Shown: in pieces, positions 13,101 through 27,400 of the stretch
How the letters are laid out: every line of letters begins with the position of its first letter
Numbering within the stretch: position 1 is the first letter of the stretch
NCBI RefSeq assembly: GCF_963921235.1
Contig: NC_086108.1
Coordinates: 114,268,001 to 114,332,000, forward strand
From: Mobula hypostoma
Taxonomy: Eukaryota
Direction of reading: 5' to 3'
DNA: 64,000 nt
The notes under the pieces: model-generated
The model's input: the letters and a program-made list of their open reading frames with translations, nothing else
What the model was told of the DNA's origin: nothing
The model's database searches: none
Position numbers and translations under genes: made by a program

Positions 13101-16100
13101 CTAAAGCCCTGTTTCCATGCTGTATTACTCAATGACTCGATACCTGTCTTCCTGTCTGTTCTCAGCCTGGGTTCATGGTGATCCGAAGAAAATCGTGTAT
13201 CCTACCGACAGCAGGGGCCAGTTCTGTGGGCAGAAGGGGAGCGTCAATGAGTGAGTACCCGGCTCTGTGTCCCAGCACTGGCGATTATGGGATGAGGTGG
13301 AAGTGGTGGCCGCAGGGGACCTGGGAGTGCTGAGGTCTGGGTGACAGGTTAAGCTCAGGAAACAGTGTTCCTCCAGACCACAGTGTAGGTTCATTATGAT
13401 CTGACTGTACACATATACAACCAAACAAAACAGTGTTCCTCCAGACCACAGTGTAGGTTCATTATGATCTGACTGTACACATATACAACCAAACAAAACA
13501 GTGTTCCTCCAGACCACAGTGTAGGTTCATTATGATCTGACTGTACACATATACAACCAAACAAAACAGTGTTCCTCCAGACCACAGTGTAGGTTCATTA
13601 TGATCTGACTGTACACATATACAACCAAACAAAACAGTGTTCCTCCAGACCACAGTGTAGGTTCATTATGATCTGACTGTACACATATACAACCAAACAA
13701 AACAGTGTTCCTCCAGACCACAGTGTAGGTTCATTATGATCTGACTGTACACATATACAACCAAACAAAACAGTCTTCCTCCAGACCACAGTGTAGGTTC
13801 ATTATGATCTGACTGTACACATATACAACCAAACAAAACAGTGTTCCTCCAAACCACAGTGTAGGTTCATTATGATCTGACTGTACACATATACAACCAA
13901 ACAAAACAGTCTTCCTCCAGACCACAGTGTAGGTTCATTATAATCTGACTGTACACATATACAACCAAACAAAACAGTGTTCCTCCAGACCACAGTGTAG
14001 GTTCATTATGATCTGACTGTACACATATAAAACCAAATGAAACAACGTTCCTCTGGACCACAGTGCACCCACAAAACATATATCACACACAGAACATAAA
14101 CCAAAATAAATAAGTTAATAAAATATAATTCAAAATGTATGCAGTACACAGCACAGGCAAACAGTAAACACCCTGACTGATCAAGAACCTATCAACTTTC
14201 GCCTTAACCCAATGACTTGGCCTCCATAGCCATCTGTGGCAGTGAATTCCACTGATTCACCACTCTCGGGCTAAAGAAATTCCTCCTCATTTCTGTTGAA
14301 ATGAGCATCCCTCTATTTTGTGGCTGTGCCCTTTGGTCCTAGACACCGCCACTGTAGGCCGCATCCTCTCTGCATTAACTCAATCTAGGTCTTTCAATAT
14401 TCAACAGGTTTCAGTGAGATCCCCCCTCATTCTTCTAAACTTCAGCATTTGTTAAGTGTGTCCCGGACGGATTCCTGTCACAATATATTGACAGACCGAC
14501 TAGGGGAATGCCATACTAGATCTAGTATTAGGTAACGAACCAGGTCAGGTCAAAGATTTTTCAGTGAGTGAGCATCTGGGGGACAGTGACCTCCGCTCCC
14601 TGGCCTTTAACATTATCACGGAAAAGGATAGAATCAGAGAGGATAGGAAAGTTTTTAATCAGGGAAGGGCAAATTATGAGGCTATAAGGCTGGAACTTGC
14701 AGGTGTGAATTGGGATGATGTTTTTGCAGGGAAATGTACGATGGACATGTGGTCAATGTTTAGGAATCTCTTGCTGGATGTTAGGGATAAATTTGTCCCG
14801 GTGAGGAAGATAAAGAATGGTAGGGTGAAGGAATCATGGGTGACTAGTGAGGTGAAAAATCTAGTCAGGTGGAAGAAGGCAGCATACATGAGGTTTAGGA
14901 AGCAAAGATCAGATGGGTCTATTGAGGAAAGCAGCTTAAGAAGGGGCTGAGGAGAGCAAGAAGGGGGCATGAGAAGGCCTTGGTGAGTAGGGTAAAGGAA
15001 AACCCCAAGGCATTCTTCAATTATGTGAAGAAAAAAAGGATAACAAGAGTGAAGGTAGGACCGATTAGAGATAAAGGTGGGAAGATGTGCCTGGAAGTGA
15101 GCGAGGTCCTCAATGAATACTTCTCTTTGGTATTCACCAATGAGAAGGAACTTCATGACGGTGAGGACAATATGAGTGAGGTTGATGTTCTGGAGCATGT
15201 TGATATTAAGGGAGAGGAGGTGTTGGAGTTGTTAAAATACATTAGGACGGGTAAGTAACTGGGGCCTGACGGAATATTCCCCAGGCTGCTCCACGAGGCG
15301 AGGGAAGAGATTGCTGAGCCTCTGGCTAGGATCTTCATGTCCTCGTTGTCCATGGGAATGGTACCGGTGGATTGCAGGGAGGCAAATGTTGTCCCCTTTT
15401 TCAAAAAAAGGTAGTAGGGATAGTCCGAGTAATTATAGACCAGTGAGCCTTACGTCTGTGGTGGGAAAGCTGTTGGAAAAGATTCTTAGAGATAGGATCT
15501 ATGGGCATTTAGAGAATCATGGTCTGATCAGGGACAGGCAGCATGGCTTTGTGAAGGGCAGATCGTGTCTAACAAGCCTGATAGAGTTCTTTCAGGAGGT
15601 GACTAGGCATATAGATGAGGGTAGTGCAGTGGATGTGCTATACATGGATTTTAGGAAGGCATTTGACAAGGTTCCACATGGTAGGCTTATTCAGAAAATC
15701 AGAAGGCATGGGATCCAGGGAAATTTGGCCAGGTGGATTCAGAATTGGCTTGCCTGCAGAAGGCAGAGGGTTGTGGTGGATGGAGTACATTCAGATTGGA
15801 GGATTGTGACTAGTGGTGTCCCACAAGGATCTGTTCTGGGACCTCTACTTTTCGTGATTTTTATTAACGACCTAGATGTGGGGGTAGAAGGGTGGGTTGG
15901 CAAGTTTGCAGACGACACAAAGGTTGGTGGTGTTGTAGATAGTGTAGAGGATTGTTGAAGATTGCAGAGAGACATTGATAGGTTGCAGAAGTGGGCTGAG
16001 AAGTGGCAGATGGAGTTCAACCCGGAGAAGTGTGAGGTGGTACACTTTGGAAGGACAAACTCCAAAGCAGAGTACAAAGTAAATGGCAGGATACTTGGTA

Positions 16101-19100
16101 GTGTGGAGGAGCAGAGGGATCTGGGGGTACATGTCCACAGATCCCTGAAAGTTGCCTCACAGGTGGATAGGGTAGTTAAGAAAGCTTATGGGGTGTTAGC
16201 TTTCATAATTCGAGGGATAGAGTTTAAGAGGCACGACGTAATGATGCAGCTCTATAAAACTCTGGTTAGGCCACACTTGGAGTACTGTGTCCAGTTCTGG
16301 TCACCTCACTATAGGAAGGATGTGGAAGCATTGGAAAGGGTACAGAGGAGATTTACCAGGATGCTGCCTGATTTAGAGAGTATGCATTATGATCAGAGAT
16401 TAAGGGAGCTCGGGCTTTACTCTTTGGAGAGAAGGAGGATGAGAGGAGACATGATAGAGGTGTACCAGATATTAAGAGGAATAGATAGAATGGACAGCCA
16501 GCGCCTCTTCCCCAGGGCACCACTGCTCAATACAAGAGGACATGGCTTTAAGGTAAGGGGTGAGAAGTTCAAGGGGGATATTAGAGGAAGGTTTTTTACT
16601 CAGAGGTGCATGGAACGCACTGACTGAGTCAGTGGTGGAGGCAGATACACCAGTGAAATTTAAGAGACTACTAGACAGGTATATGGAGGTATTTAAGGTG
16701 GGGGGGTGGTGTTATATGGGATGTAGGGTTTAAGGGTCGGCACAACATTGTAGGCTGAAGGGCCTGTACTGTGCTGTACTATTCTATGTTCTAAGTACAG
16801 GCCCAGAGCCATCAAGTGTCCATAAGTTAACTCTTTCATTCCCATAATCATTCTTGTGAATCGACAATGCCAGCACAATTTGTCTTAGGTATGGGACCCA
16901 AACAACTCACAGCACTCCTCGTGCAGTCTGACCTATGCTTTATAAAGCCTCGCTGTTACATCATTGCTTGTATATTCTCGTCATCTCAAATGAATACTAA
17001 CATTGCATTTGCCTTCCTTACCATTGACTCAACCTGCAGTTTAACCATTCGGGAATCTTGCATGAGGATGTCCTTCCCTCACTTCTTTATGTGTCTGTAT
17101 TTTTTGTGTTTGTCCATTGTTGTCGATCAGGACTTCAACACCATTATGATGGTGTCGAGACTAGCGCGTGATTTGGATTTAAGTGAGGGAGAGTTGCGCA
17201 GCGTCAGCCTCACTCTCTCTTCCCAATTCCCATCTGGATCCAGTGGCAAGACAGAGTCAAGAAGGCTGGAGATGGGACTAGGCGCAGTGGATGACCAGGA
17301 CGTCTTCTGTGTCTTGTCCTGCTCTACACGTTCCACGATGCTTGCAGAGACCGCCTTCTTGACCGTTGAACCTACCATAGGTCTCGTCTGCTCAATCCGC
17401 CGGAGTCTGTCTTCACATGCTGGGATAGACAACTCTCTATCTCACCGAGGGTTTGAGACCCGTCGGCTACCCTCACCTGGTTTAGCCGGCTTGTCGAAGC
17501 CGTTGCCCGGGGTGTGGCTGCCGTCGCATGCAAACAGCTACAGGGAGCCACAGGTGAGAGCTGAGTGCCAGGTGGGGACCAAAGGTGGACCAACCGCCTT
17601 GAAAAGGACGCGACATGTTCCCCCACCAGAGGTGCTACTGTGTCTGTATAAACACACCTTAAGTGTCTCAATCAAATCTGCTTCTCCCACTACTACTGGC
17701 AGCATATTGCAGGCACCCACCACTCTCTGTGTAGAAAATAAACATCTCCTTAAACTTTCCCCTCTCTAGTATTTGACGTCTCCACCCTGGGAAAGACACT
17801 CGAACTGTCTACCCTATCTATGCCTCTAATAAGGTTGTACTTCTTATCAAATCTTCCCTCAGCCTCCATCGATCCAGAGAGAACAACCCAAGCTTGTCCA
17901 GCCTCTCCTTACTCCTAAAATTCCCTAGTCCAGACAGCATTCCGGTGAACCTCGTCTGTACCTTCCCCAGAGCCCTCATATCCATCATCACGGAGCTTCA
18001 TCACCCAGGACATGCCTGTTCTCATTGCTACAGGCGCCTGAAGATACACACTCAACATTTCAGCAACAGTTTCTTCCCCTTGGCCTTCTTAATTCAATTG
18101 CCCCACCAATGGCTTTTGGGACTGCCCGGTGAAGGAAGCCATTGAATTTTAACAAAGACAAAGGTCTCTCTCTAAGTAAGAACTGGAGTTCGATTGTAAA
18201 CAAGGTGGGACAGTGGAAACCTGATTGGTTGATGACTGACCAATCAGGAGAGATGGAGATCGGGAGTTGGGTAAATGCCACCGGACCACACATGCCTAGG
18301 CATCAGCCCTGATGAAGATGGAGGAGTTTGTCATCAAAACGCTGTCTAAAATTGAAATCTGTACCTGACTGGAAGCCTGAGAAAAGTTTACTAGTGAAAC
18401 CAGAGTTTTATATAGCTGTGTCTGACTTTGATGCCCAATTCCCAGAACCAAGAAGACAAGCAGGCCTTCACCTTGTTTATATCCCTGTGCACTGTGTCAC
18501 CCCTTTCAGGAAACTATGGCCTTGCACCCCCAAATTCTCTGTATACATCAGTGCTCACTTGTGAATGTACAATCTATGTATATAAGCTGTCTAACCGTGC
18601 ATATTCATTATTTTTGTGTTTTTTATTATTATTGTTTTATTTTTGTGCTGTATGGTATCTAGAGTAAAATTTATTTCATTCTGCTTTGTACTTGTGTCCA
18701 GAAAATGTTACAATCCTGAATTTTGGATCTGATGGTCCTGCCATTTACTCTATACTTTCTCCTTACACCTGACCTCCCAAAGCGCATTATTTCACCCATG
18801 CCTGAATTACACTTCTTCTGCCAGGTCTCTGCCCATGTTTCCAACTGTTCTCCACCCTGCTGAATTCTTTCACAACCTTCCACCAATCTTTCTGTCAGCT
18901 GCAAATTTACTAACCCACCTGCCTATCAAAATGATTTATATTGATCACGAAAATACAGGGCTGGTGGAACACCACGAGTTACCGACCTTCAGCAAGATCG
19001 TAATCCCGTCTCTCTCTCCTCTCCGCTTTTGCAATCTGATCAACCAAGTCCTATGTTCCTTGTAGGAAACAACAGGAATTCTGCAGATGCTGGAAATTCA

Positions 19101-21309
19101 AGCAACATACATCAAAGTTGCTGGTGAACGCAGCAGGCCAAGCAGCATCTATAGGAAGAGGCGCAGTTGACGTTTCAGGCCGAGACCCTTCGTCAGGACT
19201 AACTGAAGGAAGAGTGAGTAAGGGATTTGAAAGTTGGAGGGGGAGGGGGAGATGCAAAATGATAGGAGAAGACAGGAGGGGGAGAGATGGAGCCGAGAGC
19301 TGGACAGGTGATAGGCAAAAGGGGATACGAGAGGATCATGGGACAGGAGGTCCGGGAAGAAAGACAAGAGGGGCGGGTGACCTAGAGGATGGGCAAGAGG
19401 TATATTCAGAGGGACAGAGGGAGAAAAAGGAGAGTGAGAGAAAGAATGTGTGCATAAAAATGAGTAACAGATGGGGTACGAGGGGGAGGTGGGGCCTAGC
19501 GGAAGTTAGAGAAGTCGATGTTCATGCCATCAGGTTGGAGGCTACCCAGACGGAATATAAGGTGTTGTTCCTCCAACCTGAGTGTGGCTTCATCTTTACA
19601 GTAGAGGAGGCCGTGGATAGACATGTCAGAATGGGAATGGGATGTGGAATTAAAATGTGTGGCCACTGGGAGATCCTGCTTTCTCTGGCGGACAGAGCGT
19701 AGATGTTCAGCAAAGCGGTCTCCCAGTCTGCGTCGGGTCTCACCAATATATAAAAGGCCACATCGGGAGCACCGGACGCAGTATATCACCCCAGTCGACT
19801 CACAGGTGAAGTGATGCCTCACCTGGAAGGACTGTTTGGGGCCCTGAATGTTGGTAAGGGAGGAAGTGTAAGGGCATGTGTAGCACTTGTTCCGCTTACA
19901 CGGATAAGTGCCAGGAGGGAGATCAGTGGGGAGGGATGGGGGGGACGAATGGACAAGGGAGTTGTGTAGGGAGCGATCCCTGTGGAATGCAGAGAGAGGG
20001 GGGGAGGGAAAGATGTGCTTAGTGGTGGGATCCCGTTGGAGGTGGCGGAAGTTACGGAGAATAATATGTTGGACCCGGAGGCTGGTAGGGTGGTAGGTGA
20101 GGACCAGGGGAACCCTATTCCTAGTGGGGTGGTGGGAGGATGGAGTGAGAGCAGATGTACGTGAAATGGGGGAGATGCGTTTAAGAGCAGAGTTGATAGT
20201 GGAGGAAGGGAAGCCCCTTTCTTTAAAAAATGAAGACATCTCCCTCGTCCTAGATGGCCACACATTTTAATTCCACATCCCATTCCCATTCTGACATGTC
20301 TATCCACAGTCTCCTCTACTGTAAAGATGAAGCCACACTCAGGTTGGAGGAACAACACCTTATATTCCGTCTGGGTAGCCTCCAACCTGATGGCATGAAC
20401 ACCGACTTCTCTAACTTCTGCTAGGCCCCACCTCCCCCTCGTACCCCATCTGTTACTCATTTTTATGCACACATTCTTTCTCTCACTCTCCTTTTTCTCC
20501 CTCTGTCCCTCTGAATATACCTCTTGCCCATCCTCTGGGTCACCCCCCCCCCCGTCTTTCTTCCTGGACCTCCTGTCCCATGATCCTCTCGTATCCCCTT
20601 TTGCCAATCACCTGTCCAGCTCTCGGCTCCATCTCTCCCCCTCCTGTCTTCTCCTATCATTTTGCATCTCCCCCTCCCCCTCCAGCTTTCAAATCCCTTA
20701 CTCACTCTTCCTTCAGTTAATCCTGACGAAGGGTCTCGGCCTGAAACGTCGACTGCACCTCTTCCTATAGATGCTGCTTGGCCTGCTGCGTTCACCAGCA
20801 ACTCTGATGTATGTTCCTTGTAGGATATTGTTGTCCTTCCTCAATCACTGACTGCAGAATGCTGCAGCTGCTGACAAACCTGCAGGAGAGTGGGAAGGTC
20901 TGGGAACTCTTGGCAAAATGGGAGGCAAGTGAACCTCTGATCTCACATCCTCACCTTCAGGTCCAGGGTCAGGTTCAAGTTCAGCAACAGGTTCAGTTCC
21001 GGAGTCAGGTTCATGTCCAGGGTCAGGTTCAGAGTCAGGTTCAAGTTCAGGTTAAGGGTCAGTTTTGTCACACACACAACAAAACAGACAGTGAAATGTG
21101 TTGCTTGTATTAACAACCAACTCAACCTACCAACAGCAACAAAAGGAGACAACAACAAAACATGCCTCTTTCCCATCCTCAACACACACACACACACACA
21201 CACACAAACACTCTCTCTCACACTCCACTCACACTCACAGTCGCACACAGGCACACACTAACTAACATACACATACTCACACACAAACACTCACATACTC
21301 ACTCTCATA

Positions 21310-21381
<72 letters not shown>

Positions 21382-21391
21382 CTCACATACA

Positions 21392-21429
<38 letters not shown>

Positions 21430-21439
21430 CTCACACACA

Positions 21440-21487
<48 letters not shown>

Positions 21488-24400
21488 AGACCTGACTCCA
21501 CTGGACCACTCCAACGTGGGTTACACACAGATCCATCATTTCTGTTGAGGGTTCTCTCTCCATGATGGAGAGATCTTGACACAGTAAAACAGTCGTTGTC
21601 CCAGCCAAAGTGTAGAGGCCACAGGCTATAGTGTACAGGAGATGTGAGGAGTCAGTTTTCTCGGGTTAGAAAAGGACAGAGGATATGAGGAGTGAGCTGC
21701 GGGCGGAGCTGGTGGAGGCAAGTCACACTAACTGCTGGAGGAGCTCAGGAGATCTGGCAGGGTTATAAGTAGAAAATAATCTGCAGATGCTGGGGTCAAA
21801 GCAACACTCACAACGCGATTTAAACCTCTTCAGGGTAGGCATACCTCGAAGAGCTTCCACGGATGCTGCCCGACCTGCTGAGTTCTTCCAGCGTGTCGAG
21901 GGTTATAAACAGAACATTTCGGGCCCAAACCCTTTGTCAGGACAGAAATGTTGACTGCTTATTCCCTTCCAGAGATACTTGCAGAGTTCCTCCAGCACTT
22001 TGTGTGTGTGTGTGTGTGTGTGTGTTGCTCAAGATTTCCAGCACCTGCAGAGTCTCTTGTGTGTATAACAGAGGTAGGAAGGAGGTTCGGAGGATATTCG
22101 CACAGGATGGTGGATAGGGAGGTGTTGAGAGGTGGTGACTGGTCCTGTCACTGTTTCTCTGACTGATACTCACCCTGACAGCGAGAGCTGGGCCCACAAG
22201 GTAGTGACAGGAACATCACCCCGTGCTCAGGCAACGAGGAAAGATCCAGGGAAACAGTTTGATGCAGGGAGGGACGTTAGAATCAGGTTAGATATCACTG
22301 GTATGTGTTGTGAAATTTATTGTTTTGTACCAGCAGTACATTGTAATGTCTAATAATAAAAACTACAAATTACTGTCAGAAATGCAACAGTGTTATGGTT
22401 TGTAACTTCAAAATGTGAAATGAAAGGAATACACGGGAGTCCGAAATGTGGGTCTAACTTTGAGCTTAATTTCAGCGAGGTGCACACGTATCATGTGGTA
22501 GCATCTTGACGTATACAAATCATTTATTTCTGACACGTAACTCGTAATGAAATATTTAAATGAACAAGAATGCTTAATCAACCGATATACAAGGTTACTC
22601 AAATATTACTTAAATGTTAAATGCACAACAAGTATGTTAAAAATTAAATTAACCAAGTAGAGCAAAAGTAGAGCAGAAAGTATTGTGGTGGTGTACACGG
22701 GTTCAATGTCCATTCAGAAATCTGATGGTGGAGGGGAAAAAGCTGTCCCTAAATTGTTGGGTGTGTACCTTCTCCCTGATGGTAGCAATGAGAAGGGGGC
22801 ATGTCCTGGGTGATGAAGATTTTTATTGACAGATGCTGTCTTTTTGAGGATGTCCTTGGTGCTGGGGAGGCTGGTGCCCATGATGGAGCTGGCTGAGTTC
22901 ACAACTCTCTGCAGCTTTTTCTGATCCTGTGCAGTGGCCCCTCCACACCAGACAGTGATGCAACGAGAGAATGCCCCCTATGAAGTATTCCTGAAGAGGA
23001 GCCTCCTTTGTAATTGTATCAATATGTTGGGCCGAGGGTAAATCCTCAGGGATGATGACACCCAGCAACTGGAAACTGCTCACTCTTGCCACTGCTGATC
23101 CGTTAAAGAGGGCTGGTGTTCCCTCAACTTCCCCTTCCTGAAGTCCACAATCAATTCCTCGGTCTTACTGACATTGAGTGCAAGGTTGCTGTTGTGACAC
23201 CACTTAACCAGCTGATCTGTCTCTCTCCTGTATGCCTCCTCTTCAGGATCAGGTTAACTTCAGTTACACCTGGCTGGGGAGAGGAAATGGTTCTACAGAC
23301 GCAGGTACCTCTTTGGTAATGTGGACACATTCACAATGATTAACCTCCCTCTCCTCCAGGAACAAGACAATCCTGTTCTACTTCAACATCCTTAAATGTG
23401 CCAGTCCTGTCGTGTTGACCAGCCTTCAGTGCCCCACCAAACAGGTGAGCAGTAGATAGTACCCCCCTCCCACAGTGTGACCCTCCCTCAGTACCACCCC
23501 TCCCACAGCATCCCCTCCCACAGCATCCCCTCCCTCAGTACCACCCCTCCCACAGCATCCCCTCCCTCAGTACCACCCCTCCCACAGCATCCCCTCCCTC
23601 AGTACCCCCCTCCCACAGTGTGACCCTCCCTCAGTACCACCCCTCCCACAGCATCCCCTCCCACAGCATCCCCTCCCTCAGTACCACCCCTCCCACAGCA
23701 TCCCCTCCCTCAGTACCACCCCTCCCACAGCATCCCCTCCCTCAGTACCCCCCTCCCACAGTGTGACCCTCCCTCAGTACCACCCCTCCCACAGCATCCC
23801 CTCCCACAGCATCCCCTCCCTCAGTACCACCCCTCCCACAGCATCCCCTCCCTCAGTACCACCCCTCCCACAGCATCCCCTCCCTCAGTACCCCCCTCCC
23901 ACAGTGTGCCCCTCCCTCAGTACCACCTCTCCCACAGTGTGACTCTCCCTCAGTACCACCCCTCCCACAGTGTGACTCTCCTTCAGTACCACCCCTCCCA
24001 CAGTGTGACTCTCCCTCAGTGCCACCCCTCCCACAGCATCCCCTCCCACAGCATCCCCTCCCTCAGTACCACCCCTCCCACAGCATCCCCTCCCTCAGCA
24101 TCCCCTCCCACAGCATCCCCTCCCACAGCATCCCCTCCCTCAGTACCACCCCTCCCACAGCATCCCCTCCCACAGCATCCCCTCCCTCAGTACCGCCCCT
24201 CCCACAGCATCCCCTCCCTCAGTACCACCCCTCCCACAGTGTGTCCCTCCCTCAGTACCACCCCTCCCACAGCATCCCCTCCCACAGCATCCCCTCCCTC
24301 AGTACCACCCCTCCCACAGCATCCCCTCCCTCAGTACCGCCCCTCCCACGGCATCCCCTCCCTCAGTACCCCCCCCACAGTGTGACCCTCCCTCAGTACC

Positions 24401-27400
24401 ACCTCTCCCACAGTGTGACTCTCCCTCAGTACCACCCCTCCCACAGTGTGACTCTACTTCAGTACCACCCCTCCCACAGTGTGACTCTCCCTCAGTGCCA
24501 CCCCTCCCACAGTGTGACTCTCCCTCAGTGCCACCCCTCCCACAGTGTGACCCTCTCTCAGTAACACCCCTCTCACAGTGTGACTCTCCCTCAGTGCCAC
24601 CCCTCCCACAGTGTGACCCTCTCTCAGTACCACCCCCTCACAGTGTGACTCTCCCTCAGTACCACCCCTCTCACAGTGTGACTCTCCCTCAGTGCCACCC
24701 CTCCCACAGTGTCCCCTCCCTCAGTACCACCCCTCTCACAGTGTGACCCTCCCTCAGTACCGCCCCTCCCACAGTGTGACCCTCCCTCAGTACCACCCCT
24801 CCCACAGTGTGACCCTCCTTCAGTACCACCCCTCCCACAGTGTAACCTTCCCTCAGTACCACCCCTCCCAGTGTGACCCTCACTCAGTACCACCCCTCCC
24901 ACAGTGTAACCTTCCCTCAGTACCGCCCCTCCCAGTGTGACTCTCCCTCAGCACCACCCCCCCACAGTGACTCTCAGTCAGAACCACCCCTCTCACAGTG
25001 TGACCCTCCCTCAGTACCACCCCTCCCACAGTGTGACCCTCCCTCAGTACCACCCCTCCCACAGTGTGACCCTCCCTCAGTAACACCTCTCCCACAGAGT
25101 GACCCTCCCTCAGTACCACCCCTCCCACAGTGTGACCCTCCCTCAGCACCACCCCTCCCACAGTGTGTGACTGTCTGTCTGACCACCGGTTCTGTCTTTC
25201 CAGCTCTGTGTTGAGAAATGTCCGGATCGTTTTGCCACCTACATTGACATGAAGTCGATCTTCAGGGTGAACAGGACCTACTGGGAATATTACCGGCAGT
25301 TCTGTCAGCCTGGCTTCAATAATCCGAGGAAGGTGGGTTCCATTTATGGTCCAGAAGGAAACATACCTTCAGCTCCTCTATTCCAGCCCCTCCCATCATC
25401 TACGTCCCAAAATTACCCTTCCCTCTCCGGCCCTTCAGCCTGCCTCTGATTATCAATGCATCCAGTTCATCTGTGAGAGCGATAGACAGTCCCTCTGCTC
25501 CTGCTGACCACTGTCTCATGTCGGTGACCCGGTGATTGGTCCCTCCACAGGGGTGGATCCCAGGTGTTCACCCTCCATCAGTTCCTGGCCTCACTGAGGA
25601 ATAGCTCCAACCAGCTTCCCCCCTCAGCAGAGTTCACAATTTATCCATTATGCAACAGTCAGACAGATCTAATATTAACCTTCATTCCCTGTCTATGTTT
25701 GATTCTTGTAGAATAACGACCAGAGTTGTGCTCGGTGTTCCCAGTGTGATATGGAGACTGGAACTGTGCTCAGTGTTCCCAGTATGATATGGAGACTGGA
25801 ACTGTGCACGGTGTTCCCAGTGTGATATGGAGACTGGAACTGTGCACGGTGTTCCCAGTGTGATATGGAGACTGGAACTGTGCACAGTGTTCCCAGTGTG
25901 ATACGCAGATAGGAACTGTGTATGGTGTTTGCAGTGTGATATGGAGACTGGAACTGTGCACGGTGTTCCCAGTGTGATATGGAGACTGGAACTGTGCACG
26001 GTGTTCCCAGTGTGATATGGAGACTGGAACTGTGCACAGTGTTCCCAGTGTGATATGCAGATAGGAACTGTGTATGGTGTTTGCAGTGTGATATGGAGAC
26101 TGGAACTGTGCACGGTGTTCCCAGTGTGATATGGAGACTGGAACTGTGCACGGTGTTCCCAGTGTGATATGGAGACTGGAACTGTATTCCCAGTATGATA
26201 TTCAGACTGGAACTATGCACGGTGATCCCAGTGTGATATGGAGACTGGAACTGTGCGCAGTGTTCCCAGTGTGATATGGAGACTGGAACTGTGTTCCCAG
26301 TGTGATATGGAGACTGGAACTGTGCACGGTGTTCCCACTGTGATATGGAGACTGGAACTGTGCACGGTGTTCCCAGTGTGATATGGAGACTGGAACTGTG
26401 CACGGTGTTCCCAGTGTGATATGGAGACTGGAACTGTGCACGGTGTTCCCAGTGTGATATGCAGACAGGAACTGTGTATGGTGTTTGCAGTGTGATATGG
26501 AGACTGGAACTGTGCACCATGTTCCCAGTGTGATATGGAGACTGGAACTGTGCGCAGTGTTCCCAGTGTGATATGGAGACTGGAACTGTGTTCCCAGTGT
26601 GATATGGAGACTGGAACTGTGCACGGTGTTCCCACTGTGATATGGAGACTGGAACTGTGCACGGTGTTCCCAGTGTGATATGGAGACTGGAACTGTGCAC
26701 GGTGTTCCCAGTGTGATATGGAGACTGGAACTGTGCACGGTGTTCCCAGTGTGATATGCAGACAGGAACTGTGTATGGTGTTTGCAGTGTGATATGGAGA
26801 CTGGAACTGTGCACCATGTTCCCAGTGTGATATGGAGACTGGAACTGTGTATGGTGTTTGCAGTGTGATATGGAGACTGGAACTGTGCGCAGTGTTCCCA
26901 GTGTGATATGGAGACTGGAACTGTGTTCCCAGTGTGATATGGAGACTGGAACTGTGCACGGTGTTCCCACTGTGATATGGAGACTGGAACTGTGCACGGT
27001 GTTCCCAGTGTGATATGGAGACAGGAACTGTGCACGGTGTTCCCAGTGTGATATGGAGACTGGAACTGTATTCCCAGTATGATATTCAGACTGGAACTAT
27101 GCACGGTGATCCCAGTGTGATATGGAGACTGGAACTGTGCGCAGTGTTCCCAGTGTGATATGGAGACTGGAACTGTGTTCCCAGTGTGATATGGAGACTG
27201 GAACTGTGCACGGTGTTCCCACTGTGATATGGAGACTGGAACTGTGCACGGTGTTCCCAGTGTGATATGGAGACTGGAACTGTGCACGGTGTTCCCAGTG
27301 TGATATGGAGACTGGAACTGTGCACGGTGTTCCCAGTGTGATATGCAGACAGGAACTGTGTATGGTGTTTGCAGTGTGATATGGAGACTGGAACTGTGCA

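Larger units (their letters stand above)
19068..20809 (-). mobile_element. Penelope-like retroelement (GIY-YIG endonuclease C-terminus) with inverted terminal segment and 16-bp TSD
   Basis: ORF 19496-20263 has [29 protein letters not shown]; arms 19104-19665 and 20255-20815 are inverted; tatgttccttgtagga at 19052-19067 and 20810-20825. Confidence 0.93.

Noticed and set aside
13361..14063. Regular array resembling CRISPR
   Set aside because: The whole 68-bp unit repeats with no unique spacers; no cas genes; eukaryotic intron
16867..17769. 300-aa ORF
   Set aside because: Chance read-through across antisense CR1 and a TSD-flanked short element; no domain or splice support
19118..20801. Duplicated ORFs starting [15 protein letters not shown] on both strands
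   Set aside because: Off-frame translations of the inverted Penelope arms
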